From NCBI GenBank assembly GCA_964594835.1, contig CAZQNA010000001.1, positions 1-64,000 on the forward strand: a DNA stretch of 64,000 nt, read 5' to 3'. A model generated the notes under the pieces. That model ran no database searches. It saw only the letters and a program-made list of their open reading frames with translations, and was not told the origin of the DNA. The translations under genes were made by a program, and so were the position numbers. Source of the DNA: an uncultured Nitrososphaerota archaeon (GTDB taxonomy: Archaea; Korarchaeota; Korarchaeia; Korarchaeales; Korarchaeaceae). Below are positions 63,938 to 64,000 of this stretch, one piece after another. The first letter of the stretch is position 1, and each line of letters opens with the position of its first letter.

Positions 63938-64000
63938 CCCTATCCCTTCCGCCCCTCCGGGGCACTGCGATATTAACCTTATTCCCTCGCCCTCCGCCCC

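Noticed and set aside
1-64000. CRISPR array, cas genes, rRNA, transposases
   Set aside because: No spaced repeats or corresponding motifs seen

Overview
GC-rich archaeal chromosomal segment. Archaeal origin is shown by ribosomal proteins L14e/L34e/L19e/L32e/S4e, a class I CCA-adding enzyme and Cbf5; a TACK-type lineage is inferred, not proven. (1) 1-7.2 kb is accessory-looking: a frameshifted CPBP/Abi-like pseudogene, an HD hydrolase, a degenerate KaiC/RecA-like domain, VapBC, an apparently inactive Mrr-fold/wHTH protein, a PAP2-like protein, and an AEP primase-polymerase-fold protein with an unknown C-terminal domain next to a TatD-like hydrolase. (2) 7.2-26.5 kb is a ~19 kb H2/formate island: a group 1 Tat-exported [NiFe]-hydrogenase with FeS and NrfD partners, a hyp set with an Mrp-type ATPase in place of GTPase HypB, and a Cys-type Tat-exported formate dehydrogenase with FeS, NrfD, FdhD and FdhE. 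(3) 26.5-41.7 kb is metabolism and transport, including a type II pantothenate kinase beside an ECF S-component, two tandem MFS genes with an identical 526-bp 3' half, and a candidate structured ncRNA. (4) 41.8-64 kb is housekeeping: pheST, a TET peptidase, eno, cca, truA, tRNA-Ser(GGA), tRNA-Val(TAC), cbf5 interrupted by a 21-nt bulge-helix-bulge (BHB) intron, and the L14-to-L14e ribosomal/secY cluster. No CRISPR array, transposase or integrase was seen. All calls come from reading the sequence by eye; no searches were run.
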